A DNA stretch of 32,000 nt from Sporosarcina ureae (GCF_002082015.1 NZ_CP015109.1:116134-148133), one strand, 5' to 3'; shown: positions 1 through 8,325, counted from the first letter of the stretch. The notes: a model not told the origin generated them from the letters alone. Program-made: numbers and translations.

Positions 1-115
1 GGAATAGCGGGAATATTCATCCGTATCTAGAAATTCCTTACTTAGTTTGCCTAATTCTGAGAAAACTCATCACTACACACCGACTTCAAGGGCTTTTTCT
101 AGTTCATACGTCTCC

Positions 116-769
116 TTACGATTGAATAAGTAATGCCAAGATTAACGTAGAAACACTCAAAATACATGTCATCGTTCGTACGTTGTTCAGCATGGTCCAA
201 CGGGATTCAAAGCGGATTCTTAATTCATTCCATGTAGTAGCGCTTGTAGGTAACTCTGCAGAAATTATGGCTTTATTTAACGGAAGATTTCCTAAGAAAG
301 TGATCAGTAACGTAGCGATATAAAAGGTTAGCGCAATAGATCCCAATAGGATTTGATTAAAATGTTGCGATGAAACAGCTACTACGACAAATCCGATTTG
401 TGCTATGAGGGCACCATTTGAAATGACGAGGAAAAGCGGATTGGCTACGGATGAGGTCAAGTGTCTAATGGCGAGCACGAAAGTACGGTCATCTGATTTA
501 CGTAAACCCGGCATGACAGAGTTGGCATATGCAAAGACAATTCCAGCCATCATTCCAGTTGTCAAAATAGAAAGACCCGCTAAGACTTTGAAGAGTGGCG
601 ATTCATTGTCTCGGTCTTGTACATTCTGAACTGGCAGCGATCCGTCATGTAAGGCAACGGCGTTCAGCTCACTGTGGGGTACATGGTCTGAAGCAAGAGC
701 GATCGACGGAATCAGCAACATGCAAAGAGTGACTAAGACTGCACGAAAACCTGTATATAATCCATTCAT
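116..769 (-). CDS. DUF1772 (anthrone-oxygenase-like) integral membrane protein
   Basis: 217-aa ORF with an AAGGAGAG RBS upstream of the ATG at 769. It has a signal-like N-terminus, four hydrophobic helices and the GNLPLNKAI / W..W..NNVRT pattern I associate with DUF1772. It lies 31 bp downstream of the TetR gene on the same strand, so a likely operon. Family call is from motif memory. Confidence 0.65.
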   Translation of the reverse strand: MNGLYTGFRAVLVTLCMLLIPSIALASDHVPHSELNAVALHDGSLPVQNVQDRDNESPLFKVLAGLSILTTGMMAGIVFAYANSVMPGLRKSDDRTFVLAIRHLTSSVANPLFLVISNGALIAQIGFVVVAVSSQHFNQILLGSIALTFYIATLLITFLGNLPLNKAIISAELPTSATTWNELRIRFESRWTMLNNVRTMTCILSVSTLILALLIQS

Positions 770-800
770 AGGTATTCAACTCTCCTTTATTGTGTGCAAG

Positions 801-1361
801 TTATGCATGATCGTGATTGGGAAGTAAATGAGGGATGGCTGTTTGAATAAATTCTTCTGGTGTAATTTCGTCACTCTTTCTTTTCCATTCTACAGAAGCT
901 CCGTAAATTCCCCAACTTAAGATGACAGCTGTAATTTTCAACCCTTCATCTTCTTCTGAGTGATGTTGTTTTAACAGCATTCTATAAAAAATGATTTCGA
1001 GTTGTTCTCTAATATTCCGAGCAATCGTTTCTTCGTATCCTCTGTGACAACGATTCGATAAAGACTTTTGGAAGTTGGTGATCGCTACAAAAATACTTGT
1101 GATCGCATCTTCATTTAATTCGTCTTGTGGATAATTGCTGCCATCCAAATTGATCCATAATACTTCAGATAAGACTTTTTCCAATAAGTCATATATATCT
1201 TCAAAGTGATAATAGAACGTCGCACGATTAATCATCGCTTCAGCTGCAATATCTGTGATGGTAATATCTTTAAATTCTTTTTTACTCGACAGTTCCATAA
1301 AAGAATCCATGATTAATTTACGGGTTCGTTGAATTCGTGGGTCAATCTTTGGTTGATTCAT
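801..1361 (-). CDS. TetR/AcrR family transcriptional regulator
   Basis: 186-aa ORF with an AGGAGGG RBS. The N-terminal HTH (ITITDIAAEAMINRATFYYHFEDIYDLL) is the classic TetR signature. Confidence 0.85.
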   Translation of the reverse strand: MNQPKIDPRIQRTRKLIMDSFMELSSKKEFKDITITDIAAEAMINRATFYYHFEDIYDLLEKVLSEVLWINLDGSNYPQDELNEDAITSIFVAITNFQKSLSNRCHRGYEETIARNIREQLEIIFYRMLLKQHHSEEDEGLKITAVILSWGIYGASVEWKRKSDEITPEEFIQTAIPHLLPNHDHA

Positions 1362-1607
1362 GTTGACTTCCCTCCTACTTTTTCAACAATTTCATCCATG
1401 TGTTGTATAAGCGACAAAATGGAGTTTCTATTGGTGTTGATCATTTTCATTATGTTATAGAATTATGTTGTAGGCAAATGATTAACTTGTGAAGTACTGA
1501 ATACCTCCTACATGTAAAATGCACAGTAGGAATAAGTAGGTTTAGCCACTTTATTCATACGGACGAAAGTGTTCAATACGTATTGTATAGAAAAGGGGAA
1601 TAATACA

Positions 1608-2549
1608 TTGAAAAATAACAATCATATGATGTGTGATATGGAAACGGGTATATGTGGGGAAGCTGGAAGCGAGGAAATGGAAATAATCGATTTTAATCAG
1701 CCGGCAAAAGAGATTAATTTGTACTATGTGACAGATCCTATTTGTTCTCATTGTTGGGCGGTTGAACCTGAGCTCCGTCGTTTTGTTGAGCAATATGGCA
1801 GTTATTTCAACATGCACACGGTTATGGGCGGATTATTGGAAAAATGGCATGACGGGCCAATCGATCCTGGAAACGGAATTTATAAGCCGGCTGACGTCGC
1901 AGGTCACTGGAGAGAAGTTGGAGAACATACAAGAATGCCGATTGATGGTAGTCTAATGATTGATCATCCAATTCAATCTTCGTATCCACCATCTCGTGTG
2001 TTTAAAATTATTCAAAAAAACCATGGGGACGCACTAGCATCTGCTTATTTACGACGTACAAGAGAAGAGTTGTTCGTATTCAACCAAAATATTTCGGAAC
2101 GCTCTGAAATGGTGGAGATCGTCAATACTCTTGGTCTTGACGGAGAAGCGATCGTCAATGAAGCGGAACAACCAATCGGACAGCAATTACTGAATGAGGA
2201 TTTTGCTCAAGCTAGAAGTTTAGGCGCTAGAGGTTTCCCAAGCATTATTATGATCAATGCGGACAATAAAGGCGTGAAAATTGTAGGGGGTCGTCCTCTT
2301 GAATCATACGTTGATGGATTAAAGAAAGTGCTAGACGTCGACACACTACAACCGAAGCCACAACCAGCACTTTCTAGCTTACTTGAACAAGAAAGACTTC
2401 TTTTCTCGAAAGAAATTGAAGTGATGTACGATGTGGAAAAATCCGATGTCGCTGCTTATGTAGAGAAGGAACTTTCATCTGACGGTTATGAAGCAAAAGA
2501 AATGCTTGGAGAAATCTATTTCACTACTACTGAACCAAAAGGAGAATGA
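1608..2549 (+). CDS. DsbA/FrnE-like thioredoxin-fold protein with extra N-terminal Cys pair
   Basis: CxxC motif (DPICSHCW) sits where DsbA-family proteins carry it, and there is an additional MMCDMETGICGE segment. The start is ambiguous: GTG 1569, TTG 1608 (GAAAAGGGG RBS about 9 nt upstream, preferred) or ATG 1626. The stop overlaps the next gene start (ATGA). Confidence 0.75.
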   Translation: MKNNNHMMCDMETGICGEAGSEEMEIIDFNQPAKEINLYYVTDPICSHCWAVEPELRRFVEQYGSYFNMHTVMGGLLEKWHDGPIDPGNGIYKPADVAGHWREVGEHTRMPIDGSLMIDHPIQSSYPPSRVFKIIQKNHGDALASAYLRRTREELFVFNQNISERSEMVEIVNTLGLDGEAIVNEAEQPIGQQLLNEDFAQARSLGARGFPSIIMINADNKGVKIVGGRPLESYVDGLKKVLDVDTLQPKPQPALSSLLEQERLLFSKEIEVMYDVEKSDVAAYVEKELSSDGYEAKEMLGEIYFTTTEPKGE

Positions 2550-2857
2550 TGATGAGCTATATTGTACAAGTCGATTTTAAAATGAATGGACCATTTGGAG
2601 ATGAAATGGCAGAAGGATTTGCTGACTTAGCCAAAAGTATCAATGAAGAAGAGGGATTCATTTGGAAAATATGGACGGAAGATCCTGAAGCGAATGAAGC
2701 GGGTGGAATTTATAATTTCGAAACAAAAGAATCAGCTGAAAAATATGTAGAGATGCACACAAAGAGATTAGCTAGCTTTGGCATTATGGATATTAACGCA
2801 AAAATCTTTGCTGTCAATGCTACACTTACTGCGATCAATAAAGGGCCTGTAAAATAA
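2546..2857 (+). CDS. ydhR: YdhR-family (ABM/dimeric alpha-beta barrel) putative monooxygenase
   Basis: 103-aa ORF, colinear with E. coli YdhR as I remember it (FxxNGPFGDxMAE...SINxExGFxWKxWTE...EAGGIYxF...H..RL). Three consecutive ATGs (2546/2549/2552) follow GGAG at 2541-2544. It is translationally coupled to the DsbA-like gene. Confidence 0.8.
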   Translation: MMMSYIVQVDFKMNGPFGDEMAEGFADLAKSINEEEGFIWKIWTEDPEANEAGGIYNFETKESAEKYVEMHTKRLASFGIMDINAKIFAVNATLTAINKGPVK

Positions 2858-2890
2858 ATAACTAGAAGTCTGTGTGTAAAACACGTTACC

Positions 2891-2930
2891 ATACAATCGA
2901 CTACCTTTTGGATAGTCGATTGTATTCTAT
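2891..2930 (+). terminator. hairpin after ydhR-like gene (weak intrinsic terminator)
   Basis: Perfect 13-bp stem ATACAATCGACTA (2891-2903) / TAGTCGATTGTAT (2913-2925) with a 9-nt loop. The trailing T-tract is poor (TCTAT), so termination may be partial. Confidence 0.4.
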
Positions 2931-2953
2931 ATGATGAAATGGAGGCGTTACTA

Positions 2954-3703
2954 GTGTTACAAAAACTTGCAGCAAGTAAGCATGCTGTGCCGTTTAGAGG
3001 ACCCTTCACCATTACACGCGTTCAACCAGGTGATATTTTAGGAGATACTACGACAGATACGGCGTTTGGTCCGTTAGCGATCATTGATCATGCAGTGATG
3101 AAAAAGGGGTTAACGATTAACATGCATCAGCATATCAATGATGAAATTTTGAGTTACATTAGCTCGGGCGTCATGCATCATCGAGATTCTGCAGGATTTG
3201 AAGCGCCCATTGCTCGCGGAAAATTAATGATGATGAATGCAGGTGCTGGGTTTTGGCATGAAGAAAAAGTAAAAGAAAATGAAGTGGAAATGCTTCAAAT
3301 ATTTGTGCGGCCGAATGAAAAAGATTTACCTCCAGAAATTCAATTTCATGACAAACCGTTAAACAATGAAGACTGGTATGTCATGGCAGGACCTGAAGGA
3401 AGCGAAGCCCCACTTTCTGTACGGCAACACGTCTACATACTAGATGCGCATCCTAAAGCGGGTGAATTAGTAGAGGTGCCAGCCTATGCAGGTCTCACTC
3501 CTTTTCTATATGTCATGAATGGAGAGATCACGATGCAGCATCTCACAGTTGGCAAACAAGAAGCGGTGACCGATGTAGTCAACCCACTCCCGTCGTTTGT
3601 TGCGAATGAAGATACTACTATCGTATTGTTCTTTGTGGAGTTGAATGCGCCTATGTCTATGGATGGAACTATTAGTGGATTAAAGAACGACCCAGCGAAT
3701 TAA
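2954..3703 (+). CDS. pirin-like bicupin protein
   Basis: Cupin metal-site-like segment MHQHINDEILSYISSGVMHHRDSAG...MNAGAGFWHEE resembles the pirin N-terminal domain. GGAGG (2941-2945) lies 8 nt before GTG 2954, and the ORF-track ATG at 2939 overlaps the RBS. Confidence 0.65.
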   Translation: MLQKLAASKHAVPFRGPFTITRVQPGDILGDTTTDTAFGPLAIIDHAVMKKGLTINMHQHINDEILSYISSGVMHHRDSAGFEAPIARGKLMMMNAGAGFWHEEKVKENEVEMLQIFVRPNEKDLPPEIQFHDKPLNNEDWYVMAGPEGSEAPLSVRQHVYILDAHPKAGELVEVPAYAGLTPFLYVMNGEITMQHLTVGKQEAVTDVVNPLPSFVANEDTTIVLFFVELNAPMSMDGTISGLKNDPAN

Positions 3704-3722
3704 TTAATAGAAATTTAAAGTG

Positions 3723-3751
3723 TTGACAATGAAATGCACCCGTGATATATT
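3723..3751 (+). promoter_or_regulatory. near-consensus sigma-A promoter of the dioxygenase/FMN-reductase operon
   Basis: TTGACA (3723-3728), 17-nt spacer, TGaTATATT extended -10 (TG 3743-3744, hexamer 3746-3751). Confidence 0.75.
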
Positions 3752-3770
3752 TATATCGAATTCGAGATAA
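3751..3770. promoter_or_regulatory. 20-bp palindromic operator (MhqR/MarR-type) overlapping the transcription start region
   Basis: TTATATCGAA|TTCGAGATAA is self-complementary except for one pair. It begins at the last base of the -10. It resembles the TATCTCGAA-TTCGAGATA inverted repeat I recall for B. subtilis MhqR operators. Confidence 0.65.
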
Positions 3771-3880
3771 GTTAATTCATTGCAAAAGCAATTGAAGCTT
3801 GAATGAAGATTTTTCTTTTTTTACTATTTTATCTCGAATTAATACTATATGAAAATGAGCCAATATATAGGAGGAAATAT

Positions 3881-4864
3881 ATGAACCATTTAAAAGGAAT
3901 TCATCACGTCACAGCGATTACGAGTAGTGCAGAAAAGAATTATGAATTTTTCACCTATGTACTAGGCATGCGTCTCGTAAAGAAAACGGTCAATCAAGAT
4001 GATGTTCAAACGTATCACTTATTCTTCGCAGACGATCAAGGCTCTGCTGGAACAGATATGACATTTTTCGATTTCCCGGGGATTCCAAAAGGTACGCACG
4101 GTACGAATGAGATTTATAAAACTTCATTCCGTGTGCCGACAGATGCTGCACTTGAATACTGGGTGAAACGTTTTGAGAAATATGAAGTACAACATAGTGG
4201 AATCGAAGAAGTTTTCGGTAAAAAGACGATTTCATTTGTGGACTTTGATGATCAACAATATATGTTAGTTTCTGATGAATTAAACGAAGGTGTTGAGTCA
4301 GGCACACCTTGGCAAAATGGTCCCGTACCGTTGGAGTTCGCTATTACAGGTTTAGGACCTATCCATATTCGCATCGCTGAATTTAAACAGTTTAAAGGGG
4401 TTTTGGAAAAAGCGATGTTCATGCGTGAAATTGCAAGCGAAGGGTCATTCCACTTATTCGAAGTCGGTGAAGGTGGAAATGGCGCGCAAGTCATTGTGGA
4501 ACATAATGAAACGTTACCCGCTGGCCGACAAGGATTCGGTACCGTGCATCACGCAGCATTCCGCGTGGAGGATACGAACGTATTACATGAATGGATTGAC
4601 CATATGCAATCGTCTGGTTTTAGAACTTCAGGATATGTAGATCGCTTCTTCTTTGAATCTTTATACGCAGCAGTAGCGCCTGGTATCCTATTTGAATGGG
4701 CAACAGATGGTCCTGGCTTTATGGGAGACGAACCGTATGAGACAGTTGGGGAGATTCTTTCATTACCGCCATTCCTTGAAGGCAACCGTAAAGAAATTGA
4801 AGCAACCGTGAGACCGATCGATACAGTACGTAGCACACGTACATTCGACAAAGAGTATTTATGA
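3881..4864 (+). CDS. ring-cleaving dioxygenase, VOC/glyoxalase superfamily (MhqA/MhqE/MhqO type)
   Basis: The start MNHLKGIHHVTAITS... follows AGGAGG. Duplicated VOC modules (GIHHVTA...; GTVHHAAFRV) are typical of the B. subtilis Mhq dioxygenases. The upstream 26 codons of the ORF-track model lack an RBS and lie in the 5' UTR. Confidence 0.85.
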   Translation: MNHLKGIHHVTAITSSAEKNYEFFTYVLGMRLVKKTVNQDDVQTYHLFFADDQGSAGTDMTFFDFPGIPKGTHGTNEIYKTSFRVPTDAALEYWVKRFEKYEVQHSGIEEVFGKKTISFVDFDDQQYMLVSDELNEGVESGTPWQNGPVPLEFAITGLGPIHIRIAEFKQFKGVLEKAMFMREIASEGSFHLFEVGEGGNGAQVIVEHNETLPAGRQGFGTVHHAAFRVEDTNVLHEWIDHMQSSGFRTSGYVDRFFFESLYAAVAPGILFEWATDGPGFMGDEPYETVGEILSLPPFLEGNRKEIEATVRPIDTVRSTRTFDKEYL

Positions 4865-4931
4865 GGAGTTGGAATTAAAAATGAGTTTTTTTAGTAAATT
4901 ATTTGGAACAAAACAACAGGAGGAAATAAAA

Positions 4932-5477
4932 ATGACAAAATCAAACATCGGTATTATTTTAGGATCCACACGTGAAGGGCGAGTAAGTCCACAAGTAGGC
5001 GCATGGGTAAAAGAATTGGCAGACAAACGCGGAGATGCGAATTACACGATCATTGATATCGCAGATTATAAATTACCACTTTTAGGTGAAGCAGGCGCAG
5101 ACGCATCAGGCGCAGCTGCATGGTCAGAAGTGATCGCAAAACAAGACGGTTTCGTATTCATCGTACAAGAATACAATCACTCCATTACAGGTGCACTTAA
5201 AAATGCATTAGACTACCTTCGTGTAGAGTGGAACGACAAAGCAGCAGGTATCGTTTCATACGGTGCAGTAGGCGGAGCGCGTGCTGCAGAACATTTACGC
5301 GGTATTTTAAGTGAATTATCTGTGGCACACGTTCGTGTTCATCCTGCATTATCACTATTTACAGACTTTGAAAATGGTACAGATCTCAAACCAGCTGATG
5401 TTCAAGCGGCTTCAGTAAACCAAATGTTAGACCAAGTGATTCCTTGGACGACAGCATTAAATACCATTCGTAAATAA
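4932..5477 (+). CDS. NAD(P)H-dependent FMN reductase family oxidoreductase
   Basis: MTKSNIGIILGSTREGRVS... is the FMN_red N-terminal flavodoxin-like motif. GGAGG (4919-4923) lies 8 nt before ATG 4932. The gap from the dioxygenase stop is short (operon). Confidence 0.8.
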   Translation: MTKSNIGIILGSTREGRVSPQVGAWVKELADKRGDANYTIIDIADYKLPLLGEAGADASGAAAWSEVIAKQDGFVFIVQEYNHSITGALKNALDYLRVEWNDKAAGIVSYGAVGGARAAEHLRGILSELSVAHVRVHPALSLFTDFENGTDLKPADVQAASVNQMLDQVIPWTTALNTIRK

Positions 5478-5567
5478 TGTTAGAGTATAAAGTTTTCTAT
5501 ATGGATCATAGTAATGGGACGGTTAAACTTAGTTACAACTGATTCATATAGTATCAAATTAGATAAA

Positions 5568-5596
5568 TTGAATTAGAGGCAATTATAGTATATAAT
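5568..5596 (+). promoter_or_regulatory. sigma-A promoter for yceI-like gene
   Basis: TTGAAT (5568-5573), exactly 17 nt, TATAAT (5591-5596). Confidence 0.65.
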
Positions 5597-5630
5597 AATT
5601 TTAATATGTAAAAAAGAGGAGATTTTTAAC

Positions 5631-6155
5631 ATGACAAAATGGAATGTAGATGCAGCGCACACGAACGTAGGTTTTTCAGTAAGACATATGATGGTATCCA
5701 ATGTTAGAGGTAGCTTTACTGGAATAGAAGGTTCAGTTACTGGTGATCTAGACCATTTAACAGATGCGAAAATTGACTTCAAAATTGATGTGAACACGAT
5801 CAATACAAACAATGAAGATCGCGATAACCACCTTCGTTCAGCTGATTTCTTTAATGTAGAACAATATCCGACTATCACATTTGATTCGACGGAAATCGTG
5901 AAAACAGGTGAAGACGAATACGATGTAACTGGTGATTTGACGGTTAAAGATGTTACGAAGAAAACTACGTTTAACGTAACGCGTACGGGAGCTGGAAAAA
6001 ATCCTTGGGGTGTAGATGTAGTTGGTTTTGAAACAGCGATAAAAATTTCTAGAAAAGAATACGGTTTAACGTGGAACCAAGCACTAGAAACAGGTGGCGT
6101 TTTAGTAGGCGATGACATTAAAATCGAAGTAGAACTTCAAGTGAACCCAGCATAA
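5631..6155 (+). CDS. YceI family (polyisoprenoid/quinone-binding lipocalin-like) protein
   Basis: WNVDAAHTNVGFSVRHMMVSNVRGSF...RDNHLRSADFF...YPTITF is the YceI signature. AGAGGAG RBS. Confidence 0.9.
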   Translation: MTKWNVDAAHTNVGFSVRHMMVSNVRGSFTGIEGSVTGDLDHLTDAKIDFKIDVNTINTNNEDRDNHLRSADFFNVEQYPTITFDSTEIVKTGEDEYDVTGDLTVKDVTKKTTFNVTRTGAGKNPWGVDVVGFETAIKISRKEYGLTWNQALETGGVLVGDDIKIEVELQVNPA

Positions 6156-6269
6156 CGAATTACGACTTCTTTATCGCTTAGACGATGATCGCCTCTTTCT
6201 GATTGGATAGCAGTACTTGAACTGGTATGTAGTGAGTAAAATACGTTAAAACTAAGTGAGATGATACGT

Positions 6270-6719
6270 ATGAATAGGAAAGATCAACTGGAAGAGGCAT
6301 TATCTCTAAAATTATTTGTTGTGCTAACTCGAGCTGTAGAGTCGATCAAAAAACGTGTGGAAGAAGATATAAAATGCTTAGGGTTAAATCCAACAGAGTT
6401 TGCGGTTCTAGAGTTCATTTACAGCAAAGGTGATCAACCGATACAAAAAATTGGTGAGAAAGTGTTATTTGCCAGTAGTAGCATTACCTATGTGGTAGAT
6501 CAGTTAGAGAAGAAATGCTTATTGAAAAGAAAACCATGTCCGAAAGATCGTCGGGTCGTACATGCCGCTTTAACAGTTGAAGGAACTGAACTAATGGATA
6601 AAGTTTTCCCTGAACATACAAAAGCGTTGAAAGAGATTTTTAGTGGATTAGACGTAACAGAAAAGCAAGATGTAATTGAACAACTGAAAAAATTAGGTTT
6701 TCATGCACAAAATTTATAA
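6270..6719 (+). CDS. MarR family transcriptional regulator (MhqR-like by context)
   Basis: Winged-helix core (LNPTEFAVLEFIYSKGDQPIQKIGEKV...SSITYVVDQLEKKCLLKRKPCPKDRRV) is typical MarR. It sits between genes of the Mhq type, and Mhq-like operators are present. An alternative ATG at 6261 abuts the RBS. Confidence 0.8.
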   Translation: MNRKDQLEEALSLKLFVVLTRAVESIKKRVEEDIKCLGLNPTEFAVLEFIYSKGDQPIQKIGEKVLFASSSITYVVDQLEKKCLLKRKPCPKDRRVVHAALTVEGTELMDKVFPEHTKALKEIFSGLDVTEKQDVIEQLKKLGFHAQNL

Positions 6720-6794
6720 TGTTATCTCTTATATCTCGAATTAGTAGTAAAGCAATAAGTTATTTATAATAGAGGATACGAGGAGTGAGTATAC

Positions 6795-7729
6795 ATGAAA
6801 AAAACAACTGGAATCCATCATATCACTGCGATTGTGGGTCATCCACAAGAAAATGTCGATTTTTATGCAGGCGTTTTAGGTTTACGTTTAGTGAAAAAAC
6901 GGTGAATTTCGATGATCCGGGTACGTACCATTTATATTTTGGTAACGAAGGCGGCAAGCCAGGTTCGATTATCACCTTCTTCCCATGGGCGAATGCCTAT
7001 CAAGGGAAAATAGGAGATGGCCAAGTAGGCGTAACTTCTTATGTGGTTCCTGCTGGGGCGCTACAGTTTTGGGAACAAAGATTAGACGCATTTGACGTAG
7101 CCGTAACGAAGACTGAACGTTTTGGTGAGCACTACTTACAGTTCAATGACCCTCATGGACTTCAACTCGAAATAGTGGAGCGAGCAGAAGGTGAACTAAA
7201 CGCTTGGACGTTTGGAGGCGTGACACCTGAAGTAGCGATTAAAGGATTCGGTGGTGCCACTTTATATTCTTCACAGCCAACTAAAACAGCCGAACTATTG
7301 GAAAAAGTCATGGGACTTGAACTAGTTGAAAAAGAGGGAGACTATATTCGTTTTTGTTCATCTGCGGACATCGGAAATATAGTAGATCTCAAAGCAACGT
7401 CAACCGGCAAAGGTCAAATGGGCGTCGGAACCGTTCACCATATTGCGTGGAGAGCGATAGATGACCAAGACCAATTGGAGTGGCAAGAACATGTTGCAGA
7501 AAATGGCTATAGTGTGACGGCTGTAAAAGATAGAAACTACTTCAATGCGATTTACTTTAGAGAGCATGGAGAAATTTTATTCGAAATTGCGACGGATCCT
7601 CCTGGCTTTGCTCACGATGAGTCGCTAGAGACGATGGGACAAGAGCTAAAATTACCAGCACAATATGAGCAACATCGCGAAGAACTAGAACGCAGATTGA
7701 TTCCTATTACGGTACGTGAATTACAATAA
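6795..7729 (+). pseudogene. second MhqA/E/O-type ring-cleaving dioxygenase, interrupted by a 1-nt frameshift in an A6 run
   Basis: ATG 6795 (GAGGAG RBS) gives [36 protein letters not shown], with the stop at 6903. The homologous sequence continues in the -1 frame as [14 protein letters not shown]... to 7729. A7 instead of A6 at 6894-6899 would restore ...LVKKTVNFDD..., matching the paralogue at 3881. Confidence 0.8.
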
Positions 7730-7753
7730 ATTTATTTTTCTAGGGCTCGATGT

Positions 7754-7856
7754 ATCCACTAAAAAGAAGCTAGTGAATGGTGTGTAGATGTTCGTCAAGT
7801 TTTGCAGAGACGGCATTTCCCACTTGATCTAGCTTCTTTTAGTGGATGTTTTTTTA
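7754..7856 (+). terminator. long inverted repeat plus T-run downstream of the dioxygenase gene
   Basis: ATCCACTAAAAAGAAGCTAG (7754-7773) pairs with CTAGCTTCTTTTAGTGGAT (7829-7847), with one bulged A and a 55-nt loop, followed by GTTTTTTT (7848-7856). Confidence 0.55.
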
Positions 7857-7863
7857 AAAAAAG

Positions 7864-7913
7864 TTTAAAAAGGTGTATCCTTATTCAGAAAGCTCTCTAT
7901 ATAGCTAGTGAAG
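7864..7913 (+). repeat. conserved 50-nt leader element, copy A
   Basis: 42 of 50 positions are identical to 8387-8436 (TTTaAAAAGGtGTATCCTTATtCAgAAAGCtcTCTATATAGctAGTGAAG). The downstream proteins are only about 40% identical. Confidence 0.8.
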
Positions 7914-7958
7914 AGGCAAATAGCTGTCGCTTACAACTAGTTAGTAGGGGGAACCAAT

Positions 7959-8312
7959 ATGCAAATTATCCATGAATCATTTTTGAAAATTCATCCACAC
8001 ACAGCGGCAAAGATCGGACTCAATGAATCGATATTCTTACAACAAATCCACGAGCTGTCTTTTAGTCCAAATGACACAGAAGAAGGAACGCAGTGGGTGA
8101 GTAGGTCGTATAAAGAGTGGCATGAAGTGATGCGTTTTTGGTCAATGGCTACAATTATCCGCGCGATACGAAAACTGGAGAAATCCGGCTATATTTATTC
8201 GAAGCGACTGAACTTCGGAGAAAAAATGTATCTCGTCGATTACGAAGTCTGTAAGTCGAATGCGATTCATCTACTTCAACCAACGAGCGAAGAAGTAGTG
8301 AATATCAACTAA
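7959..8312 (+). CDS. short wHTH protein, paralogue of the N-terminal domain of the next gene (phage replisome-organizer/DnaD-like N-domain)
   Basis: 117-aa ORF with a GGGGGA RBS. GLNESIFLQQIHELS...W...SYKEW...TIIRAIRKLEKSGYIYS aligns with residues about 5-85 of the 304-aa neighbour. Confidence 0.7.
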   Translation: MQIIHESFLKIHPHTAAKIGLNESIFLQQIHELSFSPNDTEEGTQWVSRSYKEWHEVMRFWSMATIIRAIRKLEKSGYIYSKRLNFGEKMYLVDYEVCKSNAIHLLQPTSEEVVNIN

Positions 8313-8325
8313 CGTGTTATATAGG

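Noticed and set aside
405-629. 74-aa plus-strand ORF inside the DUF1772 gene. Similar antisense or out-of-frame ORFs occur at 1551-1817, 2710-3012, 3990-4851, 5573-6118, 8935-9228, 9680-10927, 11296-12228, 14573-15247, 16429-16683 and 17684-18968.
   Set aside because: All lie within or antisense to genes with strong family signatures. They lack an RBS and have odd compositions (Ser/Arg/Cys-rich or low-complexity) typical of shadow frames.
3803-3880. N-terminal extension of the dioxygenase ORF (MKIFLFLLFYLELILYENEPIYRRKY...).
   Set aside because: It has no RBS. It lies in the leader that carries an operator half-site. A strong AGGAGG precedes ATG 3881, and homologues start at MxxxxGIHH.
6891-6905. 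Programmed -1 ribosomal frameshift or transcriptional slippage at G AAA AAA C to make the full-length dioxygenase.
   Set aside because: The motif is not a canonical X XXY YYZ heptamer, because the P-site re-pairing would be GAA. I saw no downstream stem-loop or pseudoknot, and an A6 run is short for efficient polymerase slippage. A mutation or homopolymer sequencing error is more parsimonious, though this is not formally excluded.
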